From the NCBI RefSeq assembly GCF_055900595.2, contig NZ_CM148325.1: 64,000 nucleotides of DNA. One strand, written 5' to 3'. The notes below the pieces were generated by a model. That model was not told the DNA's origin. It saw only the letters and a list, made by a program, of their open reading frames with translations, and did not search any database. Positions 61,897 to 64,000 of this stretch are shown one piece after another (position 1 is the stretch's first letter; every line of letters begins with the position of its first letter). The translations under genes and the position numbers were made by a program.

Positions 61897-62943
61897 ATGA
61901 CGCAATTTAACCCCGTTGATCATCCACATCGCCGCTACAACCCGCTCACCGGGCAATGGATTCTGGTTTCACCGCACCGCGCTAAGCGCCCCTGGCAGGG
62001 GGCGCAGGAAACGCCAGCCAAACAGGTGTTACCTGCGCACGATCCAGATTGCTTCCTCTGCGCAGGTAATGTGCGGGTGACAGGCGATAAAAACCCCGAC
62101 TACACTGGGACTTACGTTTTCACTAATGACTTTGCGGCCTTGATGTCTGACACGCCAGATGCGCCAGAAAGCAACGATCCTTTGATGCGTTGTCAGAGCG
62201 CGCGCGGTACCAGCCGGGTGATCTGCTTTTCACCGGATCACAGTAAAACGCTGCCAGAACTGAGCGTTGCGGCTTTGACGGAAATCGTCAAAACCTGGCA
62301 GGAGCAAACCGCAGAACTGGGGAAAACATACCCGTGGGTGCAGGTCTTTGAAAACAAAGGCGCGGCGATGGGCTGCTCTAACCCGCATCCGCACGGACAG
62401 ATTTGGGCAAATAGCTTCCTGCCTAACGAAGCTGAGCGCGAAGATCGCCTGCAAAAAGAATATTTTGCCGAGCAAAAATCGCCAATGCTGGTGGATTATG
62501 TTCAGCGCGAGCTGGCAGACGGTAGCCGTACCGTTGTCGAAACCGAACACTGGTTAGCCGTTGTGCCTTACTGGGCTGCCTGGCCGTTCGAAACGCTACT
62601 GCTGCCCAAAGCCCACGTTTTGCGGATCACCGATTTGACCGACGCCCAGCGCAGCGATTTGGCGCTGGCGTTGAAAAAGCTGACCAGTCGTTATGACAAC
62701 CTCTTCCAGTGCTCCTTCCCCTACTCTATGGGCTGGCACGGCGCGCCATTTAATGACGAAGAGAATCAACACTGGCAGCTGCACGCGCACTTTTATCCGC
62801 CTCTGTTGCGCTCCGCCACCGTACGTAAATTTATGGTTGGTTATGAAATGCTGGCAGAGACCCAGCGAGACCTGACCGCAGAACAGGCAGCAGAGCGTTT
62901 GCGCGCAGTCAGCGATATCCATTTTCGCGAATCCGGAGTGTAA
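61897..62943 (+). CDS. galT: Galactose-1-phosphate uridylyltransferase
   Basis: 348 aa; HPHGQ active-site motif. Confidence 0.97.
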   Translation: MTQFNPVDHPHRRYNPLTGQWILVSPHRAKRPWQGAQETPAKQVLPAHDPDCFLCAGNVRVTGDKNPDYTGTYVFTNDFAALMSDTPDAPESNDPLMRCQSARGTSRVICFSPDHSKTLPELSVAALTEIVKTWQEQTAELGKTYPWVQVFENKGAAMGCSNPHPHGQIWANSFLPNEAEREDRLQKEYFAEQKSPMLVDYVQRELADGSRTVVETEHWLAVVPYWAAWPFETLLLPKAHVLRITDLTDAQRSDLALALKKLTSRYDNLFQCSFPYSMGWHGAPFNDEENQHWQLHAHFYPPLLRSATVRKFMVGYEMLAETQRDLTAEQAAERLRAVSDIHFRESGV

Positions 62944-62946
62944 GTA

Positions 62947-64000
62947 ATGAGTCTGAAAGAAAAAACACAATCTCTGTTTGCCAATGCATTTGGCTACCCT
63001 GCCACTCATACCATTCAGGCGCCTGGCCGCGTGAATCTTATTGGCGAACACACCGACTACAACGACGGTTTCGTTCTGCCCTGCGCAATTGATTATCAAA
63101 CCGTCATTAGCTGTGCGCCACGTGATGACCGTAACGTTCGCGTGATGGCAGCCGATTATGAAAATCAGCTTGACGAGTTTTCCCTTGATGCGCCCATTGT
63201 CGCTCATGAAAACTATCAATGGGCTAACTACGTCCGTGGCGTGGTGAAACATCTGCAACTGCGTAACAACAGCTTCGGCGGCGTGGACATGGTGATCAGC
63301 GGCAATGTGCCGCAGGGTGCCGGGTTAAGTTCTTCCGCTTCACTGGAAGTCGCGGTTGGAACCGTATTGCAGCAGCTTTATCATCTGCCGCTGGACGGCG
63401 CACAAATCGCACTTAACGGCCAGGAAGCAGAAAACCAGTTTGTTGGCTGTAACTGTGGGATCATGGATCAGCTAATTTCCGCGCTCGGCAAGAAAGATCA
63501 TGCCTTGCTGATCGATTGCCGCTCACTGGGCGCCAAAGCGGTTTCTATGCCGAAAGGTGTGGCTGTGGTCATCATTAACAGTAACTTCAAACGTACCCTG
63601 GTCGGCAGCGAATACAACACCCGTCGTGAACAGTGCGAAACCGGTGCGCGTTTCTTCCAGCAGCCGGCCCTGCGCGATGTCACCATTGAAGAGTTCAACG
63701 CTGTTGCGCATGAACTGGACCCGATCGTGGCGAAACGCGTGCGTCATATCCTGACTGAAAACGCCCGTACCGTTGAAGCAGCCAGCGCACTGGAGCAAGG
63801 CGACCTGAAACGTATGGGCGAGTTGATGGCGGAGTCTCATGCTTCTATGCGCGATGATTTCGAAATCACCGTGCCGCAAATTGACACTCTGGTAGAAATC
63901 GTCAAAGCTGTGATTGGCGACAAAGGTGGCGTACGCATGACCGGCGGCGGATTTGGCGGCTGTATCGTCGCACTGATCCCGGAAGAGCTGGTGCCTGCCG
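62947..64000 (+). CDS. galK: Galactokinase (3' end beyond window)
   Basis: ATG 62947, [48 protein letters not shown]...; open to the window end, hence absent from the ORF track. Confidence 0.95.
   Translation, partial: MSLKEKTQSLFANAFGYPATHTIQAPGRVNLIGEHTDYNDGFVLPCAIDYQTVISCAPRDDRNVRVMAADYENQLDEFSLDAPIVAHENYQWANYVRGVVKHLQLRNNSFGGVDMVISGNVPQGAGLSSSASLEVAVGTVLQQLYHLPLDGAQIALNGQEAENQFVGCNCGIMDQLISALGKKDHALLIDCRSLGAKAVSMPKGVAVVIINSNFKRTLVGSEYNTRREQCETGARFFQQPALRDVTIEEFNAVAHELDPIVAKRVRHILTENARTVEAASALEQGDLKRMGELMAESHASMRDDFEITVPQIDTLVEIVKAVIGDKGGVRMTGGGFGGCIVALIPEELVPA

Overview
This window is E. coli chromosome from the bio-attB(lambda)-gal region, reversed relative to the K-12 map. It carries a roughly 38.7-kb lambdoid prophage integrated at attB(lambda).

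Host genes, left side: uvrB (partial), bioDCFB, bioA, ybhB.
Host genes, right side: ybhC, ybhJ-ybhI-ybhH, ybhD, pgl, ybhA, modCBA, acrZ, modE, modF, galE, galT, galK (partial).

The prophage (6860-45601) is bounded by the 15-bp lambda att core TTAGTATAAAAAAGC as a direct repeat. It looks intact and is a mosaic of three phage types:
- Lambda-type: int/xis/attP arms, N/nut sites, nin region, Q, PR', S-R-Rz/Rz1.
- Phage-434-type: immunity region (cI, cro and ACAA-N6-TTGT operators).
- P22/Sf6-type: headful packaging and virion module in P22 gene order 3-2-1-8-5-4-10-26-14-7-20-16-9.

The replication module is an O-like initiator with internal iterons plus a fused primase-helicase.

Leads I rate highest:
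1. Two paralogous signal-peptide proteins sit in both classical lysogen-expressed exclusion slots. One is translationally coupled to cI in the rexAB position. The other lies in the P22 sieA/immI position, next to a PEGA-like lipoprotein.
2. A 416-bp ORF-free, highly structured insertion with tRNA-like T-arms lies in the late leader between tR' and the holin gene.
3. An 8-bp tandem expansion splits an Ea22/DUF551-type early gene.
4. The immI region is reduced: mnt has a replaced 3' end, arc/ant are absent, and the tailspike has a low-GC receptor domain.

All family and identity statements come from reading translations and from my recollection of lambda, 434 and P22 sequences. No database search was run.
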